Assembly (NCBI GenBank): GCA_030390025.1
Contig: CM059425.1
Coordinates: forward strand, 177,136,001 to 177,200,000
DNA from: Squalus acanthias
Taxonomy: Eukaryota
Direction of reading: 5' to 3'
DNA length: 64,000 bases
Made by a program: the position numbers and the translations under genes
Shown: positions 12,464-24,050 of the stretch, piece by piece
How positions within the stretch are numbered: position 1 is the stretch's first letter
How the letters are laid out: each line of letters starts with the position of its first letter
The notes under the pieces: model-generated
Told to the model about the DNA's origin: nothing
Databases searched by the model: none
The model's input: only the letters and a program-made list of their open reading frames with translations

Positions 12464-12879
12464 TATGACTATGACTCTATGACTACAATTTATGAATTTG
12501 GACATGCACCTGAATTCCTGGTTATGTTTTCCCAATGGGTGAAACGCTACACTGGGATCATGAATTTGCATAATTACCCCTTGGATTGAGATTTCCCAAC
12601 TCACCTCTCATATGATCGTTGCAATTAACAGGAAGGAGAGACTTTCAGCCCATCAATCTGGGCTGGATTCATCCCTAGGCCTGGGAAATGAAAGGACAAT
12701 CTACTAACCCATTGTGCCATTCATTACCCAGCATATCATTTTGTTATAGGGAAAACTGTGTCCGAATATAAATGAGATGACTGATCATGGTATTAATTGA
12801 GGGAGTCAGAATTGGACCCAATAGTTCAGATATGGAGCATGCTTTGGAGCTTATTCATAATGACAGTTGGTTTCAAAAG

Positions 12880-13250
12880 AATTGCCAGCCACATCTTGCC
12901 TCTGCGTAAGAAGATTCCGTATTCAAGCGCCACACCAGGACTTGATCATAAAATCTAGGCTGGCATTCCCGTACAGTACTGAGGCACTGCTGCATTGTTA
13001 GAGGCGCTGGCCTTTGGAGGAGATATTAAACCAAGATCCTGATGGTTCAGATGGATGTTCAAGATCCCATGACACATTTTTCATTTAATTAATATCACCA
13101 TCATCTGTCTCATTGTTGTATGTGGGATATTGCTGGCGCAGAGTGGCTATAACTTTTACCTAGATAACAACTATCGCTGCACTCTAAAAAGTAGTTAATT
13201 TATATGAAGCATTTAGATCTGATAGAGATGCTAGATAAATGGAAATATTC
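12880..13250 (+). mobile_element. Degenerate DeuSINE/SacSINE1-like SINE
   Basis: aaatctaggctg...cagtactgagg...ttaaacc...aagatcccatg...tgtggga pattern, ending gatgctagataaatg. Confidence 0.55.
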
Positions 13251-13384
13251 CTTTTCACTTCTCCACTAAAATAAAATGTGTATTGAGATTATATGGATGG
13301 GATAATATTAATTTAAAAAGAGAGCATAGAAAGTACATCCCCTCCCCAATCTTGCAGTCATATAGTGCCTTATCTTGTCCTTGG

Positions 13385-13785
13385 ATCATCCCAAAATGTT
13401 TAACCAATAAGTTACCTTTTGAAGTGTACTCTGAGGTGTTTTGTGGGCAAACACAGCAGCCAATTTGTATACAGCAACGTCCACAAAACAGTAAATTAAA
13501 AAAATGACCAGTTAATCTCTTTGATAGTGTTGGTTGGGGGAGGAATGTTGTCTAGGTCATGGTATAAACTCCCTGCTCTCCTTTTGAATAGTGCCATGGG
13601 ATATTTTCTGTCCACCTGAGCAGACAGACGGGACCTCGATATAATGTCTCATCCAAAAGATGGCCCCTCTGCTAGTGTAGAACTCTCTCAATGCTTCACT
13701 GAAATGTAATTCTAGATTATGTGCTTGAGCCTACAAACTTCTGACTCAGGCAAGAGTGCTACAAACTGAGCCAAGCTAATGCTCT
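13385..13785 (-). mobile_element. Degenerate DeuSINE/SacSINE1-like SINE
   Basis: Reverse complement of the same pattern (gaatagtgccatgggat, tctcatccaaaagatggc, ctagattatgtg). Confidence 0.6.
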
Positions 13786-13856
13786 TTATGTTTTAAAAGC
13801 TTTAATTGATTCAGATTACCTTGAATAACAATATATTGTTCCACTAGAATGTATTT

Positions 13857-14071
13857 AAGTGAGAAGTCGCACAACACCAGGTTATAGTCCAACAGCTTTA
13901 TTTGAAATCACAAGCTTTCGGAGCGCTGCTCCTTCGTCAGGTGACTTCACCTGACGAAGGAGCAGCGCTCCGAAAGCTTGTGATTTCAAATAAAGCTGTT
14001 GGACTATAACCTGGTGTTGTGCGACTTCTCACTTTTGTCCACCCCAGTCCAACACCGGCATCTCCGCATCA
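13857..14071. mobile_element. 215-bp Penelope-type palindromic insertion with 12-bp TSD
   Basis: Perfect 88-bp arms 13857-13944 / 13947-14034 plus a 37-bp tail; TAGAATGTATTT at 13845-13856 and 14072-14083. Confidence 0.85.
13947..13983 (+). ncRNA. Minimal type I hammerhead ribozyme motif (mirror copy on minus strand at 13908-13944)
   Basis: tcac-CTGACGA-a-ggagc-agc-gctcc-GAAA-gc-TT-gtga: core boxes, stem II, stem I and palindromic AAGCTT in place of stem III. Confidence 0.7.
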
Positions 14072-14811
14072 TAGAATGTATTTGGTTACTTGAAGGCGAT
14101 CCTTGCGGAAAATATGGCCTATAAAATGTTGGAAAAAGCCCGCTGAGAGAGATGTTTGTTTTTAATTTACCCTTTCCTCCGTTTGGAGATCCTTCATTTA
14201 GTGTCTCCACATAACGATGAAGCCCACCAGCTATAGAAACACTAGAGAGAATCCCATGAGTCCATTTCTGGTTGGCAAGAAGCAGTTGAACCAGCGCAGA
14301 GTTAGGCCAGTACTGAATTTTACCAGTTTGTATGGGAAAAAGATTAAAGCTAGGAATATGTTCTACCAGGAGTGCATCTAACTATTCTATGAACTGGAGT
14401 ATTGGGGGTGGTGGTGGAGGCTGTGGGGGGTGGGGGGGGGCGGGGGGTAGAGCTTTGTATGGAAAGTACTTCACACCTCCAGCAATATCCCAGTTTAAAG
14501 AATGTTATTTGGTACCAGATATTTCACTACTGCTTTATAACAATCCTCTTTAAGGAATTAGAAATAAATTATATTTTATAGATGTCATGACAAAAAAAGG
14601 AGGGGTGTATGTTGGAAGGTGAAAATGTTTTTTTACGGCTCAAAGGGATTGATATCAGTTTACTTACACATTTCATAAACCCTGGAGCCAAAAACTCATT
14701 GCCATCTAAACAACAAAATAATGCTTGAAAAATTAATACGGTTTCAACAAAAAGTTGTAATTATAAACTGATTTGTTTATAATCTTTAAAGGGACAATGT
14801 TGCTATGAGAT

Positions 14812-15360
14812 AAAACCAGAAAATGCTGGAAATACTCAGCAGGTCAGGCAGTATCTGTGGAAAGAGAAACTGAGTTAAAGATTCAGGTTGATGACCTTTC
14901 GTTCGAACTGGAAATAGTTAGAGATATAACAGGTTTTAAGCAAGTGCAGAGGCAGAGAAAGGGGGGAATGGGAGGAAAGAACAAAAGGGAACGTCTGATC
15001 GGGTGGAAGGCAGGAGAGATTAAATGACAAAAGGGATAATGATGTGAGGCAAAAGGAGATGGTAATGGGACAAGAAAAGAAACAAAAGATAAGTCTAGAA
15101 GAGGTGTAATTGGGAATGACAGAATCATCAACAGCTGCCTTCTGAAAAAATGGGGGCAGAGGTTATGATCTGAAATTGTTGAACTCGATGTTGAGTCCAG
15201 AAGGCTGTAAAGTGCCTAATGGAAAGATGAGATGCTGTTCCTCGAGCTTACGTTGAGCTTCATTGGAACACTATAAGAGGCCGAGGACAGAGTGAGAGTG
15301 GAGCGGAGAATTAAAGTGAAAGACGACCAGAAGCTCGGGGTCACACTTGCGGACTGAACG
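14812..15360 (-). mobile_element. Penelope-like element 3' end (GIY-YIG endonuclease C-terminus and terminal repeat)
   Basis: Minus strand reads SVLGLL*CSNEAQRKLEEQHLIFPLGTLQPSGLNIEFNNFRS*, followed by the terminal sequence shared with 1359 and 32495. Confidence 0.8.
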
Positions 15361-16358
15361 TAGAAACATAGAAGATAGGAGCAGGAGTAGGCCATTCGGC
15401 CCCTCGAGCCTGCTCCGCCATTCGATGAGATCATGGCTGATCATCCAAACTCAGTACCCTGTACCTGCCTTCTCGTCATATCCCTTGATACCTTTAGGTT
15501 TAAGAAATATATCTAACTCATTCTTGAATATATTTAATGACTTGGCCTCAACTACCTTCTGTGGTAGAGAATTCCACAGGTTCACCACTGTCTGGGTGAA
15601 GAAATTCTTCCTAATTTCTGTCCTAAATGGCTTACCCTTTATCCTTAGATTCTGACCCCTGGTTCTGGACTCTCCGACCATCGGGAACATTCTTCCTGCA
15701 TCTAGTTTGTCCAGACCTGTCAGAATTTTATATGTTTCGATGAGATCCCCTCTCATTCTTCTATACTCCAGCGAGTATAAGCCCAATCGACCCAATCTCT
15801 CCTCATATGTCATTCCTGCCATCCCAGGTATCAGCCTTGTGAATCTTCGCTGAACTCCTTCCATGGCAAGAACATCCTTCCTCAGATAAGGCGACCAAAA
15901 CTGCACGCAGTACTCAAGGTGTGGTCTCACCAAGGCCCTGTACAACTGCAGCAGGACATCCCTGTTCCTATACTCAAACCCTTTCGCTATGAAGGCCAAC
16001 ATACCATTTGCCTTCTTCACCGCCTGCTGCACCTGCATGCTTACTTTCAGCGACTGGTGCACAAGGACACCCAGGTCTCGTTGCACTTCCCCTTCTCCCA
16101 ATCTATTGCCATTCAGATAATAGTCTGCCTTTCTGTTTTTGACACCAAAGTGGATAACCTCGCATTTATCCACATTATATTGCATCTGCCACGCTTCTGC
16201 CCACTCACCCAACCTGTCCAAATCATCCTGGAGTTTCTCGGTATCCTCCTCGCAGCACACACGCCCACCCAACTTTGTGTCATCTGCAAACTTGGAGATA
16301 TTACATTTAGTTCCCTTATCTAGATCATTAATGTATATTGTGAATAGCTGGGGTCCAA
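15361..16358 (-). mobile_element. CR1 LINE 3' ~1 kb, RT C-terminal frame still open
   Basis: ORF 15451-16434: [41 protein letters not shown]1 tail. Confidence 0.93.
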
Positions 16359-16785
16359 GGACCGGAGGTGTTCCACTATGAGATGTTGTTCTTTCACGGT
16401 ACTTTACAGTGTTTATAAATAGAAGAGATTGCAATGATTCAACATGTTGCCAATTGCACCTGAGGCCAGAAAGGTATCGATTTTTAATTCAAGTGCTGGT
16501 CAAATGTTTTTTAAAAATAAACACTGTGAAAATTTCTCTGATGGCTGACACAGTGACTATAGTAAATATTTTGTAGCATGCTGTCCAATGAATTGAGCCT
16601 GTCCAAAATCTCTTCTAAAGCGAAATATTTTAAACGTTGTTTCAATCTTAAATGATGATGAAGCTTGAATTTTTGAAACTGATTTTAAGCAACTTAATGA
16701 TTTAAAATAACGTGATTGATTAAGATTTCAGTGTTGTTTAGTTCTAGTGATTTAATAAGAAAACCTCAAACTGTACTTTTTCTAG

Positions 16786-17471
16786 TAAAGGAGGAAGGAG
16801 GATCCTCTGCAGAGGAAGCTGGACCATCGGGAACACAAGTCTTTTGCCATGAGGACGGAGCAAGAAGTTGGACACCACCCTCAGAATCTCCATCCTCCCC
16901 ACATGTGCCACCCTCATTACCGGAGGCGTACCTTTCCCACAGGGACCCATGCCCACCGGCCAAGACCAGCTTGATGAATGAGTTTGATAGACAACTGCTC
17001 GCATCTCAAAACCAGCAGACTGCACTCCTGAGAGATTTTTGGGAAGGATTCCAGCCCCTCATGCGGGACCTCATACAGGCAACCCGGGAGTTAGCTCATG
17101 AAACTCACTTAGTTGCTGAGCATACCCATCAGGTGGCCCAGCAGACGAAGGGAGTGGCTGAGAACACCAGAGAACTGGTGCTGCAAAACCAGCGATTAGT
17201 CCTTCACACCCAAGAAATGGCTCAAAACATTTCAGAGATGCATCTGTCCATGCAGCAGCATTTCTCCCAAACATCCCTGGAGCCACTAAGGCTCCTGGGG
17301 TCTGTGCTTGAACAACCAGACCACATAGCAAGTTTGCAGGGCCACTCTCCCACACATCTTCCTCAGCCGGAGAATCCGGGACCTTCTGGAGTGGAGCAAC
17401 CTGAGACACTTGGTTTGGCACAAACAAGGAGGAACTCTAGGACCCCAGAAAAGAAAAGACGATTAGTGTGA
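16786..17471 (+). CDS. Myb/SANT-like protein exon 2 (acidic/Pro-Ser linker, coiled-coil-like segment, basic C-terminus)
   Basis: ctgtactttttctag|TA AAG acceptor is phase 1, joining exon 1 as YWRA-I-KEEGG. 686 nt open to TGA. Heptad-like stretch LIQATRELAHETHLV...ISEMHLSM; ends PEKKRRLV. Confidence 0.78.
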
Positions 17472-17944
17472 GGACTATGCTGCTGTGGGGAAGTTTGAAA
17501 TAGACTGAGATATCTCAAATGAAGATGTTTAATTCTTTAATGTATATTTCTAAGTATTTTATGTTATATTTTTGAATCCACTATGTTAGTCAACTTTCTT
17601 TTTTCTATTATTTTCCAAAGAAAAAAAAGTATATACAAAAATATAAGGTCATTTGTTAATCTTGTTTAAACTTTATTTTTTAAAATCTGGAACGTTCTGG
17701 TACAGAACATTATTATGCTGAGCCATGGAGTGAAAGGACAAAGGATTCATGAGCTCATACATTGCCAAAGCCTGGAATCTGACTTGTATTAATTTTATCT
17801 TCAGCCATTCTAGGTGCCACACGTCAGATTGTTTGCTCGTAGACTTAGCACTAGTTGCTTATCATGGAGAATCAATTATCAGGTGTGAACATGAGGATTA
17901 ACTGTATAATAGATAACTTGGTAAACAGCAGTCAGAAGGGGAAG

Positions 17945-18870
17945 ATCCTGACTGACCAACCTCCTTGATTTCTTTGAGGAAGTGACAGCCCAAATGGACT
18001 GTGGTAACTCCTATGATGTGTTGAACCTAGACTTCCAGAAGGCATCTAACAAATTCCCACTCAAAAGGCTATGAGCTAAACTCAAAGCTTTGGGAATGCA
18101 GGGTAAATTTTGGGTACGGATAAGGAATTGGCTGAAGGATGGGAAACAATGGGTACTTAGTTTGGGGTGAGGGAAGTACTCAGTTTTGGGACCACCGCTG
18201 TTTCTAATTTACATCAATGACTTGAACACAGAAACCCAATGCAAATTGGTCAAATATTCAGATGATGCTAAACTAGGAGGGTCAGTTCAATAAGAGGAGG
18301 CAGCTCAGAAATTACAGTGGGCAGAAGAATGGCAGACAAAATTTATACAGACAAATGGAAAGTACTGCATGTATAAAGGGAAAATGTGCAACACTTCATG
18401 AATGGAGCTGAAATAGCTAAGGAGCTAGGAGTCGGTAGTCTCGCCATTCTACATGGCCAACCAATGCAGAGCAGCAATCAACAAAACCAATGGAATATTG
18501 TACTACATAGCCATATTTCAGAGATACATCTGTCCTTGCAGCAGCATCACCCCAAACATCCCTGGAGCCATTAAGGTTCATGAGATCTGGAAGTCATGAT
18601 CAAACTGTACAGTGCTCTGGTCGGCCCTCACCTTGAGAACTATGTCCAGTTCCGGTCACTGAAACATAAGGGAGACATTTAAGTGCTGGAGGAAGTGCAG
18701 AGAACAACCACAAGGCTGATCCCTAGTGTTTGAGGTTTGAGTTATGAGGAAAGATTGCAGAGACTTGGGGATTTTAGCCTTGAAAAGAGGCAATGGAGAG
18801 ATGATCTCATAGAGGTGTATGATAGTAAATGATATGGAAAAGGTAAATTTGGCAAATTACTTTAAACTAA
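17945..18870 (+). mobile_element. Old decayed CR1 fragment
   Basis: Remnants of NLLDFFEEVT, LDFQKA, YINDL, LVGPHLE with many stops and indels. Confidence 0.75.
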
Positions 18871-19187
18871 ATTTATCAAGAGTGCACTGACTCTTTCCTG
18901 TATGACACCAACCTCCGTGAATAACAAAGTATGGCATAAGTGCACATTCTATTTTATTGCAACAAAATCCAAAGTGAACACAACCTAGTCTTTCCTAACT
19001 TCATGCTTTCCTGTGGGTGGGTAAATATGCCTTTTTATAATTTGTTCTAGTGCTTCTCCTTAGTGCAACCTGAGGGTGAGTACCACAAGAGGCTGCTCAT
19101 GTTCTACAAAAGGGCCGTGGGACTGCATTGGCCTTCCTTTCATGGTAGCTTGCTCCTGGGAGGGAGATACTCCTGGCTGCATCTCTG

Positions 19188-22100
19188 AAACATAGAAAAA
19201 TAGGAGCAGGAGTAGGCCATTCGGCCCTTCGAGCCTGCTTCGCCATTCAAATAATGATCATGGCTGATCCTCTATCTCAATACCATATTCCCGCTCTCCC
19301 CATACCCCTTGATGCCTTTTGTGTCTAGAAATCTATCTATCGCCTTCTTAAATATATTCAGTGACTTGACCTCCACAGCCTTCTGTGGTCGAGAATTCCA
19401 CAGGTTCACCACCCTTTGAGTGAAGAAATTTCTCCTCATTTCAGTCCTAAATGTCTTACCCCGTATCCTGAGACTGACCCCCTCGTTCTAGACCCCCCAG
19501 CCAGGGGAAACATCCTCCCTGCAGCCAGTCTGTCTAGCCCTGTCAGAATTTTATACGTTTCAATGAGATCCCCTCTCATTCTTCTAAACTCTAGTGAATA
19601 CAGGCCTAGTCGACCCAATCTCTCCTCATACGACAGTCCTGCCATCCCAGCAATCAGTCTGGTGAACCTTCGCTGCACTCCCTCTATGGCAAGTATATCC
19701 TTTCTTAGGTAAGGAGACCAAAACTGCACACACTACTCCAGGTGTGGTTTCACCAAGGCCCTGTACAACTGTAGTAAGACATCCTTGCTCCTGTACTCAA
19801 ATCCTCTTGCAATGAAGGCCAACATACCATTTGCCTTCCTAACTGCTTGCTGCACCTGCATGTTTGCTTTCAGTGACTGGTGTACAAGAACACCCAGGTC
19901 CCTTTGTACATCAGCATTTCCCAATCTAGCACTATTTAAATAAAACTCTGCCTTTCTGTTTTTCCCACCGAAGTGGATAACTTCACATTTATCCACGTTA
20001 TACTGCATCTGCCATGTATGTACCCACTCACTCAACTTGTCTAAATTGCCTTGAAGCCTCTTTGCATCCTCCTCACAACTCACAATCCCACCTAGTTTCA
20101 TGTCATCAGCAATCTTGGAAATATTACATTTGGTTCCCTCATCTAAATCATTGATATATATTGTGAATAGCTGGGGCCCAAGCACTGATCCCTGCGGTAC
20201 CCCACTAGTCACCGCCTGCCACCTCAAAAGACCCATTTATTCCTACAATCTCTTTCCTGTCTGTTAACCAATTTTCAATCCATGCCAGTATATTACCCCC
20301 AATCCCATGTGCTTTAATTTTGCACACTAACCTCTTATGTGGGACTTTATCAAAGGCCTTCTGAAAATCCAAATACACCACATCCACTGGTTCTCCCTTA
20401 TCTATACCAGTTACATCCTCCAAAAACTCCAGTAGGTTTGTCAAACACGATTTCCCTTTCATAAATCCATGTTGACTTTATCTAATCCCATTGATATTTT
20501 CTAAGTGTCCTGTTACCACATCCTTTTTCATAGACTCTAGCATTTTCCCTACTACTGATGTTAGGCTAACCGGTCTGTAGTTCCCTGTTTTCTCTCTCCC
20601 TCCTTTTTTAAATAGTGGGGTTACATTAGCCACCCTCCAATCTGCAGGAACTGTTCCATAATCTATAGAATTTTGGAAGATGACAACCAATGCATCCACT
20701 ATTTCCATGGCTACACTCTTTTAGTACTCTGGGATGCAGATTATCAGTCCCTGGGGATTTATCGGCTTTCAGTCCCATTAATTTCTCCAGCACTTTTTTT
20801 TGCTGATACTAATTTCCTTTAATTCCTCCTTCTCACTAGACCCTTGGTTCCCTAGCATTTCTGGGAAGTTATTTGTGTCCTCTTCCATGAAGACAGAACC
20901 AAAGTATTTGTTTAATTGCTCCACCATTTCCTTGTTCCCCATTATAAATTCTCCCGTTTCTGACTGTAAGGGACCTACATTTGTCTTCACTAATCTTTTT
21001 CTTTTTATATACTTGTAGAAGCTTTTACAATCCGCTTTTATGTTCCTTGCAAGTTTACTCTCATACTCTATTTTTCCCCTCTTAATCAATCTCTTGGTCC
21101 TTTTTTGCTGAACTCTAAACTGCTCCCAATCCTCAGGCTTGCTACTTTTTCTGGCAACTTTATATGACTCCTCTTTGGATCTAATACTATCCTTAATTTC
21201 TTTTGTTAGCCATGGTTGGGCCGCTTTTCCTTTTGTGTTTTTGCGCCAGAAAGGAATGTATAACTGTTGCAATTCATGCATTCGTTCCTTAAATGTTAGC
21301 CATTGCCTATCCACCGTCATGCCTTTTAATGAAGCTCCTCAATCTATCATAGCCAACGCACTACTCATACCTTTGTAGTTTCCTTTGTTTAGATTTAGGA
21401 CCCTAGTTTCGGATTGGACTTCTTCACTTTCCATCTTAATGAAGAATTCTATCATGTTATGATCACTCTTCCCTAAAGGACCCCGCAGAACAAGATTATT
21501 AATTAACCCCTTCTCATTGAACAATACCCAATCTAGGATAGCCTGTTCCCTAGTTGGCTCCTCAACGTACTGGTCTAAAAAACCATCTCGTACACACTCC
21601 AGGAATTCATCCTCCACAGTATTATTGCTAATTTGGTTTGGCCAGTCTATATGTAGATTAAAGTCACCCATGATTACTGTAGTACCCTTGTTACATGCAT
21701 CTCTAATTTCCTGTTTAATGCCATCCCCTACATTACCACTACTGTTTGGAGGCCTATAGACAACTCCCACCAATGTTTTCTGCCCCTTGGTGCTTCTTAG
21801 CTCCACCCAGACTGATTCTACATTTTCTGATTTTCTGAGCCAATATCCTTTGTCACTATTGCTCAGATTTCACCCTTTACTAACAACGCCACCCCACCTC
21901 CTTTTCCTTTTTGCCTGTCCTTCCTAAATATCGAATATCCTTGGATATTCCGCTCCCAGCCTTGGTTACCCTGCAGCCATGTCTCCGTAATCGCAATGAT
22001 ATCATATCCGTTTACATTTATTTGCGCTGTTAATTCGTCTACCTTATTACGAATGCTTCGTGCATTCAGATACAGTGCCTTTAGATTTGTCTTTTTAACA

Positions 22101-22465
22101 TTTTTAGACATCTTAACATTTTTTTGTACTATGGCGCTATTTGTCTTATTACCTTTTTTTTCTTACCCAGACCCTATTTGTTAGTGCACTCCTTTGTTTG
22201 TACGCTCTGTCCCTTCCTGACACAATCTGGTTATCCTTACCCCAATCACTTTCCTGCACTGCTTCCTTATCTTTTCTCTTTAGCATTCTAGATTTCTCTC
22301 CATGGGGACCCCCCCCCGCTTTTTTTTAGTTTAAAGCCCTATCTACCTCCATAGTTATTCAATTCGCTAGAACTTTGTGGTCCCAGCATGGTTCAGGTGT
22401 AGTCCGTCCCAACGGAACAGCTCTCTCTTTCCCCAGTACTGGTGCCAGTGCCCCACGAATCGAAA
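19188..22465 (-). mobile_element. CR1 LINE, near-complete ORF2 (APE endonuclease + RT), frameshifted
   Basis: LYLNARSI, IIAITETW, MGDFN, SDHNMI (APE); [24 protein letters not shown] (RT); CR1 tail. Confidence 0.95.
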
Positions 22466-22469
22466 GCTT

Positions 22470-24050
22470 GTTGCTAAGCAGTTTGTTGTCACCTACATTC
22501 CATTGGTATAGTGTTCTGACAGAGAAAGCTGGAGGTCTACATGTGCTGCTATCGTGAGAGATGGCATCATCAGGTAAGACGACTCTAGCTGTCACCAGTC
22601 TGCTAGGCCATGGAACTGTGACCCTTCTGATCAGCAGATCTTGAAAGCGCTGAGAGATAACACCGTGCATCGTGGCCACCATGGTCTGGAAGCTGGTACA
22701 CAGAGCGCTGTCTATTTCTCCCTTATAGTCACCAGAGCTGCAGCCTGTGCTTCTATTCCATTGATTCCTGCAACAAAGAAAAAGCTTCCCTGAAATTGCT
22801 GCATGTGAAAGCAGTAGAGTCCAATCATGAGTTTTGGGTCACTTGAGTCTGAAGCCATAGGCAGCCTTCTCCTCAGCCTCCACTGGGAAGGTGGCACATC
22901 CTCACTCTCTCCCCACTCTTCCAGCTGCCGCGTGCTATGTGAATTACCCGACGCCACTTCTTCACCAACATTATCTACTTCTGCCAGGTGAAAGTATCTG
23001 AACTGAAGAAGCAAGTGATCCAGGGGTTGAGCTTGAGGGGTTTGGGGCAGGAGGTCTGTGCAGGAACCCATGGATGGGCTCCAGTCCAAATTGATCTCCT
23101 TTCTCACCCTCTTCACCATCATCCTCCTTATTTTCCTCAACATCATAGTTTACAAGAAGATATTTGTGTTCCTATTCCTCCTTTTCTTCCTCCTCCTCAT
23201 CATCTTCCTTCTGTGCCACAACCCCCTCAAACCCACCCACCCCCCTGCCCGCCCGCCATTGCTATGGTCGATCTACAGGAAAGGAGGTATTAGCTAAGAA
23301 TGAGGTAGAAGCTTGTGGCTGTATGGTGTTTCACAGGGAAGCCACAGTGAGAGTCTTCAGTTAATAACCTGGCGCTGGTAATATGCCTCTAACTTCACCT
23401 ATCTGCCAGGGCAAGAGCAGAGTAACTTCCCATGACCTTTATGGGCTGCTCCTTGTAGAACATGAGGTGTTTCAGTTTGGGAATGCCCCCTCTGCAAGAG
23501 ATCGAAGGAGAAGTTTTAACCCTCCTCACCTGGTGGAAACTAGGCTGGTGGACAGATAAAAACGGCTGGGTGACATAACCACCGACATCCTGCACCAGTC
23601 CTGCTGTCTTCTTTTTTAAACTGTTCTTCTGCGCAGGCAACAAGGTCACCTGCCTGAAGTCAGTGGGGTCCTTTTTTTAAATATGGAGATCGGTGGCCAG
23701 ACTGGGGTGCCGTTGTGGCTTTCCCACCAGGTGAAGACAGCGGGAAGGAGATCCAGGGCCAGAAGAAATCAAAATAGGTATATTTTTTTACTTCTGTGCC
23801 CCTCCTTCCCTCCCACAAGACCCTCCCAAAATCACTTCCCCATGCTGCACCTTGTAGATGGTGACCATTTTTTATTCCCACCTGCCGGCCAGCTGTCACT
23901 TGCTGCCCATTTCAAACAGACAGTTGACCAGTGGCAAGCAGATAAGGCTCAGAAGTTAAAATTGCCCAGGCCTCATGCTACAGTAGTTGGGATTTACTGC
24001 TCACTTCAACTGCGCCTGCCCGATTTCCGCCCCTGTTTAAAATAGGGGCT
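22470..24050 (-). mobile_element. Decayed Harbinger remnant (Myb-gene-like acidic exons and terminal region)
   Basis: Acidic low-complexity coding remnants; TIR-like end ttaaaataggggc near 24050; terminal region resembles the MITE remnants at 55080 and 56760. Confidence 0.4.

Noticed and set aside
12880..13785. Inverted SINE pair as a dsRNA structure
   Set aside because: Copies look too diverged for stable long pairing; commonplace arrangement.
15451..16434. 327-aa RT ORF as a functional gene
   Set aside because: 5'-truncated CR1; the N-terminus is read-through from flanking DNA and the upstream RT motifs are missing.
16716..16785. ORF-track start for the 251-aa ORF
   Set aside because: TTG start in AT-rich intron-like sequence; a good acceptor at 16785/16786 fits the phase of exon 1.
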